Shown here piece by piece: positions 24,618 to 26,282 of a stretch of 26,282 nt of DNA. Within the stretch, counting starts at the first letter, position 1, and the number at the start of each line of letters is the position of its first letter. The stretch comes from Macrostomum lignano (Eukaryota), in assembly GCA_002269645.1 (NCBI GenBank), contig NIVC01001477.1:1-26282 (forward strand). The letters are read 5' to 3'. The position numbers and the translations under genes are program-made. Under the pieces are notes generated by a model. That model worked only from the letters and a program-made list of their open reading frames with translations, ran no database searches and had not been told where the DNA came from.

Positions 24618-26029
24618 ATGCGTTCAATGTCGGCTGTTGCTATGCTGATCTGCTGCTGCGCAATGCTCCAGCTGACAGCTCACCTGTCCTCAGCTGTGCC
24701 AGAAATGACTGCCGGAAAAGCTCGCACTGCCGGATTACTGGGGGGCAGTCGAGATAAGCGATCGGTCTTCAATCTGCGTAAGCGCCTTGATGCATTTGCA
24801 TGTACGAGGTTTGATTTGGATTCCGCCTTCTATTACATGTACAAACTTCGACCCGATTAAACTCGGTTGATGGCGCTACAGTATGTTAGGAAGTGCGCCA
24901 CAGTATGTCCGGAGGGCGCCACAGTATGTCCGGGAGGGCGCCACAGTATGTCCGGGAGGGCGTCACAGTATGTGCGGGAGGGCGCTATAGATGTCCGGGA
25001 GGGCGCCACAGTATGACCGGGAGGGCGCTATAAATGTCCGGGAGGGTGTCACAGTATGTCCGGGAGGGCGCCACAGTATGTCCGGGAGGGCGTCACAGTA
25101 TGTCCGGGAGGGCGCTATACATGTAGATGTCCGGGAAGGCGTCACAGTATGTCCGGGAGGGCGCTATACATGTAGATGTCCGGGAAGGCGTCACAGTACG
25201 TCCGGGAGGGCGCTATAGATGTCCAGGAGGGCGCCACACAGTATGTCCGGGAGGGCGCTATACATGTAGATGTCTGGGAGGGCGCCACAGTATGTCCGGG
25301 AGGGCGTCACAGTATGTCCGGGAGGGCGTCACAGTATGTCCGGGAGGGCGCTATAGATGTCCGGGAAGGCGTCACAGTATGTCCGGGAGGGGGCGCTATA
25401 GATGTCCGGGAGGGCGCTATAGATGTCCGGGAGGGCGCTATAGATGTCCGGGAGGGCGCTATAGATGTCCGGGAGGGCGCTATAGATGTCCGGGAGGGCG
25501 CTATAGATGTCCGGGAGGCGCTATAGATGTCCGGGAGGGCGCTATAGATGTCCGGGAGGGCGCTATAGATGTCCGGGAAGGCGTCACAGATGTCCGAGAG
25601 GGCGTCACATTGGAAGGTGCCACATTACGTGCAGATCCTGCAGTGTATGACGGAACCCTTATTCAGCGCTACATGTATGCGTTGTATGAAAGCATGCATA
25701 CTAAAAGACGACAGATCTATAAGTTCCTTATCAGGATGCAACCCTTTTCGCACACGCTATACAAGCTAAGAGATTCGCTTTAAATTCTTCTCTGCTATAC
25801 ATGTACTCTTCATTAAATTATACTGTGACGCCAGCACTTCTCCGACCCCCGCCGGCCACTTTTCGCAGACAAGTACTACAAACAGCTAATGCTGTACTGC
25901 ACCCGAACATGCCGGCGCAAGTTTGGCTCTGGACTGGCCGCCTCGGACTGTTACGGATACTATCAGCAAGGCTGGTACGGCTCCAAGTGCGTGTGCCTCT
26001 GCCCACTGCCTGGCCGCGGTCGGCAGTGA
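24618..26029 (+). CDS. Secreted cysteine-rich cationic prepropeptide, 106 aa (candidate defensin/mytilin-like antimicrobial peptide)
   Basis: Exon 1 24618-24777 (donor GTAAGC) and exon 2 25869-26029 (acceptor CACTTTTCGCAG) join in phase 1. Product: signal-like MRSMSAVAMLICCCAMLQLTAHLSSA, propiece ending in the furin motif RDKR, then SVFNLHKYYKQLMLYCTRTCRRKFGSGLAASDCYGYYQQGWYGSKCVCLCPLPGRGRQ. AATAAA at 26100-26105. Confidence 0.8.
24876..25625 (+). repeat. 21-22-bp CpG-rich minisatellite in the intron of the peptide gene
   Basis: Units CAGTATGTCCGGGAGGGCGCCA and TAGATGTCCGGGAGGGCGCTA, in interleaved blocks. Confidence 0.97.
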
Positions 26030-26099
26030 TGAGACTATCGGCCTGACAACATGTTGTGCGGCATCAGGTTGCAATTTTGATAATACGACAGACAAAAGA

Positions 26100-26105
26100 A
26101 ATAAA
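26100..26105 (+). terminator. Candidate polyadenylation signal of the peptide gene
   Basis: AATAAA about 70 nt after the TGA at 26027-26029. Confidence 0.6.
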
Positions 26106-26282
26106 GTTTCTTTTAATCGCTAATCCTTAACGATGCGCTGAAGGTTAATCGTCACTTGAAAGCGATGGTTTTTTAATACTCCAGTATAGCTGGCTCAAAA
26201 TAAGGCTAAAGTGTTATAATATACGAGGTTTACGTAATTGCTGGTAAACCGATTCAACTGTATGATTTGAGTCGTTTCTGTT

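Noticed and set aside
24600-24860. Single-exon neuropeptide precursor with KR sites (RDKR...RKR)
   Set aside because: The second dibasic site overlaps a strong GTAAGC donor; splicing to 25869 gives a far more coherent product.
24963-25783. Repetitive ORFs (GGRYRCP, REGAIDV)
   Set aside because: Translations of the 21/22-bp intronic minisatellite.

Overview
Eukaryotic (metazoan, invertebrate-like) genomic DNA with AT-rich intergenic/intronic sequence, mostly GC-rich exons and GT-AG introns. Three spliced protein-coding genes can be reconstructed by hand. (1) A translin-associated factor X (TRAX/TSNAX) gene on the minus strand (exons 4983-4858, 4053-3568, 3035-2864); its last exon appears frameshifted by a 10-nt insertion and no ATG-bearing first exon is visible. 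(2) A complete 8-exon DHX15/Prp43 DEAH-box helicase gene on the plus strand (7358-21560, 796 aa), head-to-head with TRAX. (3) A two-exon gene missed by the ORF track (24618-24777 + 25869-26029) encoding a 106-aa secreted prepropeptide with a furin site and a cationic six-cysteine mature peptide, a candidate new defensin-like antimicrobial peptide. Most introns carry their own unrelated tandem repeat. The window also holds a hAT-like MITE with a nested inverted-repeat element, a tRNA-derived repeat whose body is shared between a TRAX intron and a DHX15 intron, a 31-bp hairpin satellite, and a structured ncRNA-like island at about 1700-2170. The repeat-filled introns are compatible with a flatworm such as Macrostomum, but this is inference only. 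No databases or folding programs were run; homologies are from recalled family motifs.
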